From assembly GCA_034661055.1 (NCBI GenBank), contig JAYEKO010000002.1, positions 1 to 27,666 on the forward strand: a stretch of DNA of 27,666 bases, read 5' to 3'. The position numbers and the translations under genes are program-made. This document shows positions 26,939 to 27,666 of the stretch, in pieces (position 1 is the stretch's first letter; every line of letters starts with the position of its first letter). A model generated the notes under the pieces. The model was given only the letters and a program-made list of their open reading frames with translations, was not told the origin of the DNA and did not search any database. Source of the DNA: Campylobacterota bacterium (GTDB taxonomy: Bacteria; Campylobacterota; Campylobacteria; Campylobacterales; Sulfurimonadaceae).

Positions 26939-27666
26939 GTTATTATAAAACTATAGATTTTTCCAAATTCTCTTCCATTAAGATAGGCCCTGTTGTAGAT
27001 GTATATATGATTGAGGAGTGTCAATATCCAAAAGGTGCTTATCTACTTGGTGGCGCAAATAATGTACTTATTCCTCCTGCTCCACCTCCCTTGATGATGC
27101 TCTCAAAAAAATATGACTATATTAAAATTGAAGATGACTTGCTCGTAATTGGTGCTGCAACACCGGGGGGAAAAGTAGTCTCTTTTTGTAAAAAGCACAA
27201 TATTGCCAACTTTGAGTTTATGGCACATCTTCCCGGGACAATTGGTGGGATGGTAAAGATGAATGCAGGACTTAAAGAGTGGGAAATCTTTAATAACCTT
27301 CACTCCATTACAGTTGATTGTGAGAGAGTTAGTAAAGAAGAGATTGATTATGGTTACCGCTACTGTAATATCTCTGGAGTAGTTTTTGAAGCTCGTTTTC
27401 ATATTAGCAGAGGATTTAAGAGTACGCAATTAGAACTTTTTAAGAAGATGCGCTCTAATCAATCCAGTGAATTTAGCGCAGGAAGCTGTTTTAAAAACCC
27501 TAAAGATGACTATGCTGGACGTTTAATTGAGGTAGTAGGATTGAAAGAAAAACGCCTAGGGGATATGGCATTTAGTGATAAGCATGCTAACTTTTTAGTT
27601 AATTTTGCAGATGGAAGTTATAGAGATGCAGTGACATTAATAGAAGAGGCTGAGCGATTAGTGTTT
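26935..27666 (+). CDS. murB: UDP-N-acetylmuramate dehydrogenase, truncated by the window end
   Basis: Missing from the ORF track because there is no stop in the window. ATG 26935 gives MSYYKTIDFSKFSSIKIGP...GGANNVL...LPGTIGGMVKMNAG...SAGSCFKNP...KHANFLVN. Confidence 0.95.
   Translation, partial: MSYYKTIDFSKFSSIKIGPVVDVYMIEECQYPKGAYLLGGANNVLIPPAPPPLMMLSKKYDYIKIEDDLLVIGAATPGGKVVSFCKKHNIANFEFMAHLPGTIGGMVKMNAGLKEWEIFNNLHSITVDCERVSKEEIDYGYRYCNISGVVFEARFHISRGFKSTQLELFKKMRSNQSSEFSAGSCFKNPKDDYAGRLIEVVGLKEKRLGDMAFSDKHANFLVNFADGSYRDAVTLIEEAERLVF

Noticed and set aside
1548..27024. Many 60-100 aa nested or antisense ORFs in the track
   Set aside because: They lie almost entirely within well-supported genes and have no recognisable motifs.
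27103..27429. 108-aa minus-strand ORF
   Set aside because: It is an antisense shadow of murB.

Overview
AT-rich chromosomal segment from a Campylobacterota (epsilonproteobacterial, Sulfurimonas-like) bacterium. The taxon is inferred from the gene orders recA-eno-ftsB-like-AMIN, mqnD-fliQ-murB and rqcH-cdsA-dxr-tsaD, and from promoters with a -10 box only. The window holds tRNA-Ser(GGA) and tRNA-Ala(GGC), a corrinoid uptake/salvage region (cobQ, a degenerate cbiB, and btuB-like receptor-cobT-cobU-cobS-cobC-btuFDC), an mtnK-mtnA-class II aldolase trio, cspA and core housekeeping genes. I saw no mobile element or CRISPR array. The most striking unexplained signal is the palindrome TACATGTA (consensus TTACATGTAA). 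I counted 17 copies by eye, against roughly 1 expected by chance. They fall in all three reading frames and mostly near gene boundaries, resembling a HIP1- or DNA-uptake-like genome-wide motif. Other candidates are a leader ORF ending in a NAPP motif where a B12 riboswitch would be expected, a CU-rich two-hairpin sRNA after tpx, an ATT-initiated membrane protein gene and a tandem repeat in the recA promoter.
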